From an uncultured cyanobacterium (GTDB taxonomy: Bacteria; Cyanobacteriota; Cyanobacteriia; Cyanobacteriales; CAWUOF01): DNA of 64,000 bases. The number at the start of each line of letters is the position of its first letter. The first letter of the stretch is position 1. Below are positions 39,982 to 50,661 of the stretch, one piece after another. Under the pieces are notes generated by a model, which was given only the letters and a program-made list of their open reading frames with translations, did not search any database and was not told the origin of the DNA. The translations under genes were made by a program, and so were the position numbers. The stretch is taken from assembly GCA_963744145.1 (NCBI GenBank), contig CAVUSO010000001.1, positions 1,536,001-1,600,000 on the forward strand, in the 5' to 3' direction.

Positions 39982-40484
39982 TGACTCTCATAGAGCGCGA
40001 TGGGGCAAATTGATCCAATTGTTTGATGATTTGCTTTTGTCTAAAATTTAGACAAGAGTGAGATTCAACCAATAATTAGACCTGCAATCAAGCAGAAGAA
40101 TTTAATTTGACTATATAAAGATATATTGCCAAAATCCTGTGCTGACAGACAGAGGACGGTAAAGCCGAATTATGTATTCATGGCAGGCAATGTGCGATCA
40201 TTTTAATATGGTGTAATATCTGCTAAGATAGGTTTGCTTTTGCTGTAGTAAATTTGGTAAACTAAATCAATAGCTTCAATCATATCTTGAGAATTTGAGA
40301 TCCCACACCATCGATCTGAGCCAGTTTGCATACTGTCCAACTGATCGACTAAGCACGAATAGATGCTACCAAGGATACATAAAATTTTATCTGGGATGAG
40401 GGGTAATACCCCCTATTATTTACTGATTTTTAGGAAAAAAAAAGACTACTTGATATTTAAAATTTAAGTTCTAGAGTCAAATAA

Positions 40485-41084
40485 ATGATGATGATCGAAA
40501 TCCTAGCCGCACTCTCCGCTTCAGCTGCCGGGGGAATGCGGATCGCCTTACCCCTACTTTTAATTGGATTATTACGAAGTGATTTATGGTCTCGTGTACC
40601 ATTGCTATCTCAGATTAACCCGCAGGTTGTGATCGGTATTTTGGTCAGTTGGTCATTATTTGAACTATTTGCTTCCAAAAAGTTATTAGGACAGCGACTG
40701 CTGCAAATTTTTCAACTGGTTTGTAGTCCAATTGTAGGGGCTGTGCTAGGAATGGCTGTAGCTAAAGCTACCCAAGTACCAAATTGGTGGATTTGGATTA
40801 TTGGAATTGTCGGTGGTTTATTAGCTTTGGTGCTGCAATTAGTGTTAGCTGGTTGGTTCTATCGCTTACGTGGATTACCGATCTGGGCAATATTTATTCA
40901 AGATTTCCTTTGTGTCATCCTGGTTTTGTTTGCTTTTGATGCGCCCAAACAAGGAGGACTAATTGCCTTACTTTTACTATGGTTAGCGATTCGGAGTTCT
41001 AAAGAGTGGTATCTCTGGTATATGCAGCAAGCGTCTAGCCGTAAACAAGGAAATCCTCGACGCTATAAACAGGACCCAGATTGA
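40485..41084 (+). CDS. DUF4126-like membrane protein
   Basis: SASAAGGMRIALPLL; multiple TM segments. Confidence 0.75.
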   Translation: MMMIEILAALSASAAGGMRIALPLLLIGLLRSDLWSRVPLLSQINPQVVIGILVSWSLFELFASKKLLGQRLLQIFQLVCSPIVGAVLGMAVAKATQVPNWWIWIIGIVGGLLALVLQLVLAGWFYRLRGLPIWAIFIQDFLCVILVLFAFDAPKQGGLIALLLLWLAIRSSKEWYLWYMQQASSRKQGNPRRYKQDPD

Positions 41085-41120
41085 TGGGTCAATGTGCGCT
41101 GATTGGCAAAAATGGACTAC

Positions 41121-42284
41121 TTATAGCAATCCGACAAAATGCAGAGGACCGTGACCGCTAATCAACTCAATCAACAAAGCCACAAAACCAAGCATTGCTA
41201 GACGACCATTCCACACTTCCGCTGTAGTTGTCAGTCCCCATTCCCAACGCTCTTGGGGATACATCTTGACTTTTTTCTTCGGGTGCATGATCTCAGACAG
41301 CTTTAAGGCTGGAGCGGTAAGAGATTCTAACACTAAATCAGCTAAGTCTTCGATAAATACAGGATGGGTATTGAGAGCGGGTACACGATGAAAGTGGTGA
41401 ATTCCAGCTTGTTCAGCTATTTCTCGATATTCCATGTCAATTTCTTGCAAGGTTTCGATATGTTCAGAGACAAAGCTAATTGGTACGATCACTAAATCTT
41501 TAACACCTTGAGCTGCTAGTTCGATAATGGCATCTTCAGTATAAGGTTGCAGCCATTCTACTGGACCAACTCGACTTTGATAAGCTAATATATATGGGTT
41601 AGGACGATTAAGCGTCTCCATGATTTTGACGGTGCAGTCCTCTATTTCTGCTTGATAGGGGTCTCCTGCTTCTTCAACGTAGCTAATCGGTACTCCATGA
41701 GCGCTAAAGAAAATATGTACTTGGTCGGGATGTTCAAATTGTTCCAGTTCTTGGGCAATAAGCTGGGCCATTGCTTGCAGATAGCCTGAACGTTGATACC
41801 AGGAGGGAATGGCGGTATGTTCGATGGCTAGTAAATCTGGATCTTGTGCCCATAATTGTTCAAGTAGACGGAAACTCGAACCGCTGGTGCTAATCGAGAA
41901 TTGGGGATACAAGGGAAGAATAACGAGTTTTTCAATCCGATCGCGTTTAATTTTCGCGATCGCTTCTTCGGTAAAAGGATACCAATAGCGCATTCCAATA
42001 TAAATTTGCGCTTCATGTCCTTTTTGCAATAAAGCTTGTTGCAAAGCATAAGCTTGTGATTCAGTTACTTTTCGTAATGGCGAACCACCACCAATTTGGC
42101 GATAATTTTCTTGGGATTTTTTCACCCGTAGACTAGAGATGAGCCAAGCTAAGGGTTTTTGCAACCAAGGAAAGGGTAACCTAATGATTTCTGGGTCAGA
42201 AAATAGATTAAACAGAAATGGACGAACGTCCTCCAGTTGCTCCGGCCCACCTAAATTTAATAATAAAACCCCAAAACGACCCAT
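41121..42284 (-). CDS. hemH: Ferrochelatase with C-terminal CAB/HLIP-like domain
   Basis: [46 protein letters not shown] tail. Confidence 0.97.
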   Translation of the reverse strand: MGRFGVLLLNLGGPEQLEDVRPFLFNLFSDPEIIRLPFPWLQKPLAWLISSLRVKKSQENYRQIGGGSPLRKVTESQAYALQQALLQKGHEAQIYIGMRYWYPFTEEAIAKIKRDRIEKLVILPLYPQFSISTSGSSFRLLEQLWAQDPDLLAIEHTAIPSWYQRSGYLQAMAQLIAQELEQFEHPDQVHIFFSAHGVPISYVEEAGDPYQAEIEDCTVKIMETLNRPNPYILAYQSRVGPVEWLQPYTEDAIIELAAQGVKDLVIVPISFVSEHIETLQEIDMEYREIAEQAGIHHFHRVPALNTHPVFIEDLADLVLESLTAPALKLSEIMHPKKKVKMYPQERWEWGLTTTAEVWNGRLAMLGFVALLIELISGHGPLHFVGLL

Positions 42285-42396
42285 AGCAGTTACACATTCC
42301 GTAATTTTTTAATTTTCGTTACTGATTTTAACAATAATATTTCTCAGTTGGATCTGCAAGAGTCAAGAATACACAACTTTCCCGAGAGGTTAAACA

Positions 42397-43026
42397 TTGG
42401 CAACAATTTTAAGGGACTGGAGTTATCAATATCAATGGCTGTATGATACTATTTCCCGTCTTGCAGCACTTAGTGTTGGTGGTGAAGATCGGTTTCGTCA
42501 CCTAGCGATCAAAGATTTAGAAATTAATAGTGAAACAAAAATATTGGATCTTTGTTGTGGTAGTGGTCAAGCGACCCAGGTCTTGGTGAAATATTCTGGT
42601 GATGTGACGGGATTAGATGCTTCACCCAAGTCCTTAACCAGAGCCAAACTCAATGTTCCGGAAGCTAAATATGTGGAAGCTTTCGCTGAGAATATGCCCT
42701 TTTTAGATGAGCAGTTTGATTTGGTACATACCAGTGTAGCGATGCACGAAATGGAGTCTGAACAATTGCGACAAATTTTTCAACAGGTAAAGCGAGTGTT
42801 AAAAAAAGGGGGAGTTTTTACCTTGATTGATTTGCATCGTCCCACAAATTTCTGGTTTTGGCCAGGAATGGCCATGTTTTTGTGGCTGTTTGAGACTCAA
42901 ACCGCTTGGCAGTTAATTGATACTGATTTAGAGGAATTATTATCTCAGGTAGGTTTTGCCAAGTTTAGGAGCAGCACTTATGCTGGTGGTAGTCTTCAGG
43001 TCATTCAGGCTTTTAAAGGTTTTTGA
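42397..43026 (+). CDS. Class I SAM-dependent methyltransferase (UbiE-like)
   Basis: ILDLCCGSG, GLDAS, FDLVHTSVAMHEM. Confidence 0.88.
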   Translation: MATILRDWSYQYQWLYDTISRLAALSVGGEDRFRHLAIKDLEINSETKILDLCCGSGQATQVLVKYSGDVTGLDASPKSLTRAKLNVPEAKYVEAFAENMPFLDEQFDLVHTSVAMHEMESEQLRQIFQQVKRVLKKGGVFTLIDLHRPTNFWFWPGMAMFLWLFETQTAWQLIDTDLEELLSQVGFAKFRSSTYAGGSLQVIQAFKGF

Positions 43027-43051
43027 CATTTAAACTGCATAAAAAATATTT

Positions 43052-43100
43052 TCCTGAATCTGGAAATTTTCTTTACCTGCTTTTTATTCCGGATTCAGGA
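43052..43100. terminator. Stem-loop between the methyltransferase and MATE genes
   Basis: TCCTGAATCTGGAA ... TTCCGGATTCAGGA 14-bp arms with one imperfect pair. Confidence 0.4.
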
Positions 43101-43185
43101 TTTGGCATTGAGAATAAATATGGAATTGTAAGTTATATGTATCATAATTTCTAGTTTACAACCCAAACTAAGTTCAAAATTTAAC

Positions 43186-44574
43186 ATGATGCCATCTGAA
43201 GTTAAAGCACCTGCACTAAAAAAGCAAGTCCTGTTGGCTGATGATCGACGGAGTATTATTCGCCAAGTGATGGCATTAGCAGTACCAGCAATTGGTCAAT
43301 CATTTTTGGAAACTCTAGTTTTTCTAGTTGACCGCGTAATGATTGGACGCTACGATGGAGATTCTTTAGCATCAATGCAAATTAGTGGCACACTGATTTG
43401 GGCGCTGGTGAGTTTTTTGTCTGCTTTTGGAGTTGGGGGAGCCGCGCTAGTTGGACGTGCGATCGGTGGTGGCGATCGCACTCTAGTTGGGGCTACAGTA
43501 CGTGGAAGTTTGCTATTTGCATTACTAGCAGGAACGATTGTCGCTTGGTTAAGTTTATTCAGTTTAGAGGATATTTTGGAGTTGTTTGCTCCTGCTGGTG
43601 CTGGTGTTCAAGGTGCTTCCCATGATTATTTAGAAATTTTACTTCCAGCCATACCGTTAATGGTATTAGGTAGTGTGGCTGCGGCTTTATGGAGAGCTGC
43701 GGGGAATACCAGAACTCCCTTTCTGATTGCTTTAGCAGCTAATAGTGTTAATGCTGTGATTAATTACTGTTTAATTTTTGGTAATTACGGTTTACCCGCA
43801 CTAGGAGTAAAAGGAGCAGCGATCGGTAGTGTAGTAGCTTTAAGTATTAACGCAATTGTGCTATTAGTGATGCTTGGTTCGAGGAAAAGGGTATTAACTT
43901 GGCGCGGTTTTGGTGGTGAAAAGATGGCGATCGCCCGGGTGTTAAAAATTTCCTGGCCCTCTTTTGGTGAACAATTAGTCCAGCATACGGGAGAATTAGC
44001 CTATCTGGGGATGATTGGGGCATTGGGTGGGATTGCGATGGCAGCAAATCAAGCTTTAATTAGTATCGAGTTAATTTGCTTTATGTCTGCTGAAGGATTT
44101 GGGATTGCTGCTGCGACGATTGTTTCCCAAAATTTAGGTCGGTCACGTCCAGATTGGGCAAATTTAGGGCTACGGGTTGCTACTTTTTTGGCGATCGCTT
44201 GGTTAGGAATATTTAGTTTTCTATTTTTGTTAATTCCGGATCAGTTAATGAGTAGTTTTTCTCCAGATATCCGCATTGTGACTGTGGGTATTCCTTGTCT
44301 TTATATTGCAGCGATCGCTCAACCTTTTATGGCAATTAGTCTAGTATTAGGACAAGCATTTCGGATTGCCGGTGATACTCGCACTGTTTTTTATATCACC
44401 CTGATTGGTTGGTTAATAGTTCGTCTCGGTACTACTTATATTTTTACTTTTGTATTTAACCTCGGACTGATGGGAATTTGGTTAGGGTCAACTTGTGACT
44501 GGATGATTCGTGCTGCTGTTTTAGTGATCATTTTTTTCTGGGGTCGGTGGAGTAAAGTTTTAGGATCGATTTAA
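43186..44574 (+). CDS. MATE family efflux transporter
   Basis: About 12 TM segments; RAAGNTRTP, LGVKGAAIGS, AGDTR. Confidence 0.92.
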   Translation: MMPSEVKAPALKKQVLLADDRRSIIRQVMALAVPAIGQSFLETLVFLVDRVMIGRYDGDSLASMQISGTLIWALVSFLSAFGVGGAALVGRAIGGGDRTLVGATVRGSLLFALLAGTIVAWLSLFSLEDILELFAPAGAGVQGASHDYLEILLPAIPLMVLGSVAAALWRAAGNTRTPFLIALAANSVNAVINYCLIFGNYGLPALGVKGAAIGSVVALSINAIVLLVMLGSRKRVLTWRGFGGEKMAIARVLKISWPSFGEQLVQHTGELAYLGMIGALGGIAMAANQALISIELICFMSAEGFGIAAATIVSQNLGRSRPDWANLGLRVATFLAIAWLGIFSFLFLLIPDQLMSSFSPDIRIVTVGIPCLYIAAIAQPFMAISLVLGQAFRIAGDTRTVFYITLIGWLIVRLGTTYIFTFVFNLGLMGIWLGSTCDWMIRAAVLVIIFFWGRWSKVLGSI

Positions 44575-45750
44575 AGGTTCTAATTGATAGCGATCGCGAG
44601 TATAGATTGCCAAAACTAAGACTCCTAATGTCAGGACTCCTGCTAAATAAAGTGGATAGGAATAGGTCTGAGGATTAGTTTGATGAATGATCATACCAGC
44701 AATTATTGGTCCGAAAGCATTAGAAATACTTAGATAAGATGAATTTAATCCCAAAGCTACTCCCTGTTCTTCTGGTCGAGCATTTAAGGAAATTAGTGCA
44801 TTCATGATGGGTTGGACTAAAGAGTTAAATAGGGAAAACACCAAACTGACTCCGACAAAATAACCAATATTTGCCCATAATGGCATTAGGAAAAATGAGC
44901 TACCGCGAATAAATAGACCAACAAATAGAAGAAAGACCAAACTAAATCTTTTTGTTAAAATTGATATTCCCCAAGTCTGCATTAGTACACCTAATAACCC
45001 AAACATTAGAAACATCAAAGTTAAAGATTTACTATTTTGATGTAAAACTTGCAGAAAATAAGGTTGAAAAGCGTAGGTGAAAATTGTGAAAGTTGTACCA
45101 ATTAATAAATTGATAATTAACAAAATTCCGATTTTGGGAAATGCTAATCCTTTAATTAAATTTGCTAGACCTAAATCAAATAATTTATCAGTTGCATCTG
45201 GTTTACCATGATAACTTTCGGGCAGAAAAAAGATGGTAATTAACGTAGCTATAAGTGCGATCACTCCTGAAGTTAAAAATGCTGCACCGAGAGAGATTTG
45301 TTGAGCAATTAAACTGAGTGCAGGTCCTAAAACAAATCCTAATCCAAAAGCAGCTCCATTAATCCCAAAAGCTTTCGCTCGAGCTTCTGGGGTAGTCACA
45401 TCCGAAATTACTGCTTGAGCGACAGAAGCATTACCCCCGGTAATCCCATCCAGAAAACGAGCGAAAAAAAGAACCATTGCTGTTGATGCTGTTCCCGCGA
45501 TAAAATTAGCGATTACTGTTCCTAAAAGACTAATGATTAATAATGGTTTGCGTCCATAGCGATCGGATAGTTTACCAATCACCGGAGTTGCAAAAAATTG
45601 AGCCACGGAATAGATAGAGAATAATAAGCTAGTTTCAAAATCATTGAGATGAAATTCTTTCCCATAAGAGTAAATTACTGGAATTAGAATTGTTAAACTA
45701 AGAGAATTAATTAGAGAAATGAGCGCGATAATCCAAAAATGACGATTCAT
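44560..45750 (-). CDS. MFS transporter (TetA/DHA1-like)
   Basis: GKLSDRYGRKP motif A, RFLDGITGG; the 5' extension in the ORF track starts inside a MITE, so ATG 45750 is chosen. Confidence 0.92.
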   Translation of the reverse strand: MNRHFWIIALISLINSLSLTILIPVIYSYGKEFHLNDFETSLLFSIYSVAQFFATPVIGKLSDRYGRKPLLIISLLGTVIANFIAGTASTAMVLFFARFLDGITGGNASVAQAVISDVTTPEARAKAFGINGAAFGLGFVLGPALSLIAQQISLGAAFLTSGVIALIATLITIFFLPESYHGKPDATDKLFDLGLANLIKGLAFPKIGILLIINLLIGTTFTIFTYAFQPYFLQVLHQNSKSLTLMFLMFGLLGVLMQTWGISILTKRFSLVFLLFVGLFIRGSSFFLMPLWANIGYFVGVSLVFSLFNSLVQPIMNALISLNARPEEQGVALGLNSSYLSISNAFGPIIAGMIIHQTNPQTYSYPLYLAGVLTLGVLVLAIYTRDRYQLEPLNRS

Positions 45751-45778
45751 GTTTTTTTGGGGTGAAAAGATTATTATA

Positions 45779-45902
45779 CCCCAATTTGCAGATTTTTGTA
45801 GGGGTGGGTTCACCGAGATGTTTGAGATTTACCTACTAATCATAAAAACCCACCCTCACCCACAGATCAATCTTATTAATGTATCTTAAGCGCGTGAATT
45901 GG
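45779..45902. mobile_element. Short REP-containing MITE-like element
   Basis: Reverse complement matches the first half of 10347-10585; flanked by TA. Confidence 0.65.
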
Positions 45903-46121
45903 TATCAACATCTTCCAGGAGGAGCAGGTAGAAATCTAATGGGGTGGGATCATCGGAGCGCCATTTTGGCTCGGTTCAAGGTTTTTGCTAGTTATTTTTT
46001 CCCATAACAATAATTTCTTTGAATAAGTGGAGAGCTTTTTTTGCATGAGGTGCTAAAATGATCATATTCACTTTTCCCATGCTCTTTTTAGGGATAGCGA
46101 TCGCGTTGCTCTTAACAAAAA

Positions 46122-46904
46122 ATGTACGATAACATTTGTAAATTTATCGCCGAAAACTTTAGTGATGATCTGGCGAGTTGGTTATTGGGAACTCCCGTAA
46201 AGTTAACCAAACTAAACCCAAGGGAGTTATCTTTAGAACCGATCCGGATGGACTCTCTGATTTTACAACAGTCAGAAGAGTTAGTTTTGCACACAGAATT
46301 TCAAACCGAGCCCGATCCAGCAATTCCCTTTCGGATGCTAGACTATCGTGTCCGAGGATATCGTTGCTTTCCTGACAAGGAAATGCGTCAGATCGTGGTG
46401 TACTTGCGACCCACCAATTCGGAATTAGTGAGACAAACCAGTTTTAGATTAAGTCGGACTCATCACGAGTTTGATGTAATTCGGCTCTGGGAACAACCAA
46501 CGGAGATATTTCTATCTGCACCAGGGTTATTACCATTTGCAGTGTTGAGTCGGACACCAGAACCAGAGTTAGTATTAAATCAGGTAGCGAGGAGCATTGA
46601 CCAAATTACCGATCGCAATGTTCAAAGTAATATCTGTGCATCCACAGCGATTTTAGCTGGATTAAGATTAAATGGAGAAGTAATTACTAGACTATTAAGG
46701 AGAGAGATTATGCGCGAATCAGTCATCTATCAAGAGATTTTGCAGGAAGGGTTACAGGGAGGAGTAGAGCAAGGGATAGAAATCGGCAAACAACAAGCAA
46801 AAGAGGGGATAGCTGTCAATTTGCTCAAAACTGGGATGACGGTGGAGCAAGTGGTTACTTTTACTGGGTTATCGGTAGAACAAGTACAGCATTTACAGCA
46901 GTAG
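46122..46904 (+). CDS. Rpn-family (recombination-promoting nuclease/putative transposase) protein, copy 1
   Basis: MYDNICKF, D..LHTEFQT PD-(D/E)XK-like core, MRESVIYQEI, C-terminal HTH-like tail. Confidence 0.88.
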   Translation: MYDNICKFIAENFSDDLASWLLGTPVKLTKLNPRELSLEPIRMDSLILQQSEELVLHTEFQTEPDPAIPFRMLDYRVRGYRCFPDKEMRQIVVYLRPTNSELVRQTSFRLSRTHHEFDVIRLWEQPTEIFLSAPGLLPFAVLSRTPEPELVLNQVARSIDQITDRNVQSNICASTAILAGLRLNGEVITRLLRREIMRESVIYQEILQEGLQGGVEQGIEIGKQQAKEGIAVNLLKTGMTVEQVVTFTGLSVEQVQHLQQ

Positions 46905-47023
46905 CTGAGTCAGTAAAAGTGATCGCATGAGTGAGACTTAAGCATGACTGTAAAAATTATCCGGGCTGCGATCGGTATTGTAGATGAATCCAGTTAATTT
47001 ACTGAGCGATCGCATCTGAAAAT

Positions 47024-47090
47024 TTAGCCCGGATATCCTTCTTGGAGATATTTTTCATGAGGGAATTAAGCTGAAAATAAGTCGGTTTTC
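47024..47090 (-). pseudogene. 3' remnant of the NB-ARC gene
   Basis: Nearly identical to 48778-48844 (..KPTYFQLN.LMKKYLQEGYPG*). Confidence 0.85.
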
Positions 47091-47189
47091 CATCATGTCT
47101 AAATAGGTGGGATTTTCTTCAATAAAGTAAATTAGCGGTGCTGTATCTAATGCTACAAGTTGTCCTTCTAACTGACTTATCCATTCCAT
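47055..47189 (-). pseudogene. Truncated PIN/VapC toxin
   Basis: MEWISQLEGQLVALDTAPLIYFIEENPTYL then runs out of frame into the NB-ARC remnant and stops at 44 aa. Confidence 0.75.
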
Positions 47190-47392
47190 GAAGCTCGTTC
47201 CTGATTAACATATTCTTGTGCATCAATCCCATTCCAAACTTCCTTACCCAATCCCCGCAATTCTGTAATACTATGTTGTGGCTTAGGCATAACCCTGTGA
47301 CGCACATCTGCTAACAGTTCAGCGATCAGTCGCAGTTGTTCATCCGGTGGGAGGCTGAGAGCTTGATTTAGGATCTCGTTATAATTAGACAT
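47177..47392 (-). CDS. Small antitoxin-like protein upstream of the PIN fragment
   Basis: LSLPPDEQLRLI..SITELRGLGKEVW..YVNQERASW; overlaps the PIN start. Confidence 0.72.
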   Translation of the reverse strand: MSNYNEILNQALSLPPDEQLRLIAELLADVRHRVMPKPQHSITELRGLGKEVWNGIDAQEYVNQERASWNG

Positions 47393-47465
47393 AGGTTCGC
47401 AAACGTGACTTTTTTAGTGATCATTTCTATTCTAGCAATAATTTTACCCTGATCTTATCCAAAAT

Positions 47466-47668
47466 GCGATCGCGTCGGTTGGAGAAGAAGGGGAGAAGGA
47501 TGGAATTGGTGGACAAAAGAATGGAGCAAAGACGATGACTTGATCTTCTCAGTCAATTCCCCTAAAGGTCATCTTCCAGGAGGAGCAGGTAGAAATCTAG
47601 TGGGATGGGATCATCGGAACGCCATTTTGGCTCGGATCAAGGTTTTTGCTAGTTATTTTTTCCCATAA
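47466..47668 (+). pseudogene. 3' fragment of the GUN4-domain gene, starting at a HIP1 site
   Basis: Near-identical to 53551-53753; a shorter copy lies at about 45909-46007. Confidence 0.85.
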
Positions 47669-47782
47669 CAATAATTTCTTTGAATAAGTGGAGAGCTTTT
47701 TTTGCATGAGGTGCTAAAATGATCATATTGGCTTTTCTCATGATCTTTTTAGGGATGGCGATCGCGTTGCTCTTAACAAAAA

Positions 47783-48658
47783 ATGTACGATAACATTTGT
47801 AAATTTATCGCCGAAAACTTTAGTGATGATCTGGCGAGTTGGTTATTGGGAATTCCCGTAAAGTTAACCAAACTAAATCCAATGGAGTTATCTTTAGAAC
47901 CGATCCGGATGGACTCTCTGATTTTACAACAGTCAGAAGAGTTAGTTTTGCACACAGAATTTCAAACCGAGCCAGATCCAGCAATTCCCTTTCGGATGCT
48001 AGATTATCGTGTCCGAGGATATCGTTGCTTTCCTAACAAGGAAATGCGTCAGATCGTGGTGTACTTGCGACCCACCAATTCGGAATTAGTGAGACAAACC
48101 AGTTTTAGATTAAGTCGGACTCATCACGAGTTTGATGTAATTCGGCTCTGGGAACAACCAACAGAGATATTCCTATCTGCACCAGGGTTATTACCGTTTG
48201 CAGTGTTGAGTCGGACACCAGAACCAGAGTTAGTATTAAATCAGGTAGCGAGGAGCATTGACCAAATTACCGATCGCAATGTTCAAAGTAATATCTGTGC
48301 ATCCACAGCGATTTTAGCTGGATTAAGATTAAATGGAGAAGTAATTACCAGACTACTAAGGAGAGAGATTATGCGCGAATCAGTCATCTATCAAGAGATT
48401 TTGCATGAAGGGTTACAGGGAGGAGTAGAGCAAGGGATAGAAATCGGTAAACAACAAGGGATAGAAATCGGCAAACAACAAGGGATAGAAATCGGCAAAC
48501 AACAAGGGATAGAAATCGGCAAACAACAAGGGTTACAACAGTTACAGGAAGCAAAAGAGGGAATAGCTATCAATTTGCTCAAAACTGGGATGACGGTGGA
48601 GCAAGTGGTTACTTTTACTGGGTTATCTGTAGAACAAGTACAGCATTTACAGCAGTAG
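47783..48658 (+). CDS. Rpn-family protein, copy 2 (four GIEIGKQQ repeats)
   Basis: Near-identical to copy 1 except for the 24-bp repeat expansion and a short adjacent insertion. Confidence 0.88.
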   Translation: MYDNICKFIAENFSDDLASWLLGIPVKLTKLNPMELSLEPIRMDSLILQQSEELVLHTEFQTEPDPAIPFRMLDYRVRGYRCFPNKEMRQIVVYLRPTNSELVRQTSFRLSRTHHEFDVIRLWEQPTEIFLSAPGLLPFAVLSRTPEPELVLNQVARSIDQITDRNVQSNICASTAILAGLRLNGEVITRLLRREIMRESVIYQEILHEGLQGGVEQGIEIGKQQGIEIGKQQGIEIGKQQGIEIGKQQGLQQLQEAKEGIAINLLKTGMTVEQVVTFTGLSVEQVQHLQQ

Positions 48659-48777
48659 CTGAGTCAGTAAAAGCGATCGCATAAGTGAGACCTAAGCATG
48701 ACTGTAAAAATTATCCGGGCTGCGATCGATATTGTAGATGAATCCAGTTAATTTATTGAGCGATCGCACCTGAAAAT

Positions 48778-50148
48778 TTAGCCCGGATACCCTTCTTGTA
48801 GATATTTTTTCATGAGGGGATTAAGCTGAAAATAAGTCGGTTTTACTTCAGATTTAGGATCGAGTAATAGCCGTCTTCCCAAAGATTGGATCGCATTTAA
48901 TAAGTCTGAAGTAGCTAACTTGTTTCTGCTGATAATTTGTGGTAATGTTATCGGTGTACTCTCCTGAGCTATATCGATTATAATTTCTTTTTCTGATGGT
49001 GATAATCTGTCAAATTGTCGTTTTAGTTGAACTTGTAAAGATTCACATAAAATTAAACTTTCACATTGGAGAAATTCAGAAACTTTACCTGCAAATAACT
49101 CTTGAATCATTAGAGCAGTAAACTCTAACCAGAGCGGATTTCCTTGGTAGATATTAATTAAAGTTTCCCAGGTTTCTTCATCTAATAAATTATGTTCCCT
49201 CAATATTTCTTTAGCTGCTATACCTAAATTACTTAATACTAAAGAGCGATCGGGACTATTTGATCGCTCTGATTTGGCAAAGTCTCTGATTTTTTCGGAA
49301 CTAATTAACATTAAGCAACTGTGATGAGAAGTTTTTGCTAATCGTCTAAAAAATAGAGGATAATTTTCTAAGGTTGGTTGATATTCTCCAGCAAATTTAC
49401 CGCTCCTAAAAAGCATCTGTACATCATCAAGAATAATCAAGCATCGATAGTTTCGCAGGTAATTGAGGAGTTGGGAAAGTTGCTTTTCAATATTGTGATT
49501 AATTTCTGGAGTTTCACAGAAGTTTTGGAGCAAGTTACTGAGGGTTGTTTCTAGGGTTGGAGAAAAACAAAGACTATAATAAATAATATAATCAAAATTA
49601 GTTTTTATTTGTTCAATTAAACGGAGACTCAGCGCGGTTTTACCAATTCCGCTCATTCCCAAAAGCTCGATCAGACGACAGCGATCGCTGATGATCCAAT
49701 GTTCTAGAGTAGCGAGTTCCGTGGTGCGATCGTAAAAGCTGAATATTTCTGGTGCATCACCTAAATTAATTTGGGGTTGTTTAGGGGTTTGTTGGGGATG
49801 TTGAGGAGATTTTGGCGATCGGGTCTTTTCTGAACAAATGTTAACATTATTAATTCCTCCAAAATTTTCACCAATAGATGAAATATGGTAAGTATTACCA
49901 TTTTCTACTATTGATCTAAAACTTGCTTTACTAACATCTTTTCCTAATCCATCCGATAGGATTTTCCACAATTGCGAACCGATATCCCTGACATAACTTT
50001 CGCTAGAATGGGTCATTTCAGCAATCTTTAGATAAGTCTCATCATGTAGAGTTCCTTGCAAAATAGCCTCTTGCAAATAGTCTAAGTGCTTACCTGTCTT
50101 AGTATAAACTAGCTCATCTGCCAATTTTAAGATTTCCTTAACATCCAT
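48778..50148 (-). CDS. HTH + NB-ARC (STAND) ATPase without C-terminal repeat domain, copy B
   Basis: N-terminal LQEAIL..TYLKIAE..SESYVRDIGSQLWKILS HTH-like segment; FYDRTTEL, Walker A GMSGIGKT, Walker B LIILDDV, GNPLWL. Confidence 0.88.
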   Translation of the reverse strand: MDVKEILKLADELVYTKTGKHLDYLQEAILQGTLHDETYLKIAEMTHSSESYVRDIGSQLWKILSDGLGKDVSKASFRSIVENGNTYHISSIGENFGGINNVNICSEKTRSPKSPQHPQQTPKQPQINLGDAPEIFSFYDRTTELATLEHWIISDRCRLIELLGMSGIGKTALSLRLIEQIKTNFDYIIYYSLCFSPTLETTLSNLLQNFCETPEINHNIEKQLSQLLNYLRNYRCLIILDDVQMLFRSGKFAGEYQPTLENYPLFFRRLAKTSHHSCLMLISSEKIRDFAKSERSNSPDRSLVLSNLGIAAKEILREHNLLDEETWETLINIYQGNPLWLEFTALMIQELFAGKVSEFLQCESLILCESLQVQLKRQFDRLSPSEKEIIIDIAQESTPITLPQIISRNKLATSDLLNAIQSLGRRLLLDPKSEVKPTYFQLNPLMKKYLQEGYPG

Positions 50149-50190
50149 AGGTCAACGATGGGATAAGCTTTCTGGCGTATTATATACGAT

Positions 50191-50265
50191 TTTTCCAACA
50201 TTTCCGACACTATTCTGACATTTCCAACTTGGTCACCCCAAAAAATACCCGATTTTTCCAACTTG
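50191..50265. promoter_or_regulatory. Short direct-repeat array in the divergent promoter (candidate operator)
   Basis: TTCCAACA, TTCCGACA, TTCTGACA, TTCCAACT at 9-11 bp spacing, plus TTCCAACT near 50256. Confidence 0.5.
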
Positions 50266-50335
50266 ATCTCTAAAATTACCAATACTAAACTTGAGTAGTT
50301 GATAAATGCTAAGTAAATCAAAATAAGAATGTGAT

Positions 50336-50560
50336 ATGGGATACAAGTCAGATCACGATTTTAGAACAGGTTTGTTCAAGCAAGTGACAAAAGGTATGGA
50401 AGATGACCAACCTCAAGAATTCCATCAATTTTTGCATGATTACTATTCAGAGCAGAAAGATAGTATGACTTACCAAGAACTTCTGAAAGCTGCAAAAGAG
50501 TTTATGGAAAATTATCCAGAATATACATGGAATGGTGATAGATGGGTTTTTCAAGAATAA
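50336..50560 (+). CDS. Small helical hypothetical protein (74 aa)
   Basis: ORF with FHQFLH..MTYQELLKAAKEF; first gene of the divergent run. Confidence 0.6.
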   Translation: MGYKSDHDFRTGLFKQVTKGMEDDQPQEFHQFLHDYYSEQKDSMTYQELLKAAKEFMENYPEYTWNGDRWVFQE

Positions 50561-50661
50561 GCATCTTGTTTGAATAAAATAGGTTGGCTTAACAAATTAG
50601 AGCAGCATATAATAGTCCACTAATTTTTTTGATAGTAACAATAGGAGATTAGAAGTAAACA

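Noticed and set aside
39982..40484. 500-bp intergenic region as a possible ncRNA or riboswitch
   Set aside because: No tRNA, riboswitch or strong stem pattern recognised by eye; consistent with a divergent promoter region (Infernal/Rfam would be needed)
48430..48530. 24-bp tandem repeats as CRISPR or regulatory array
   Set aside because: Head-to-tail with no spacers and in frame within the Rpn gene
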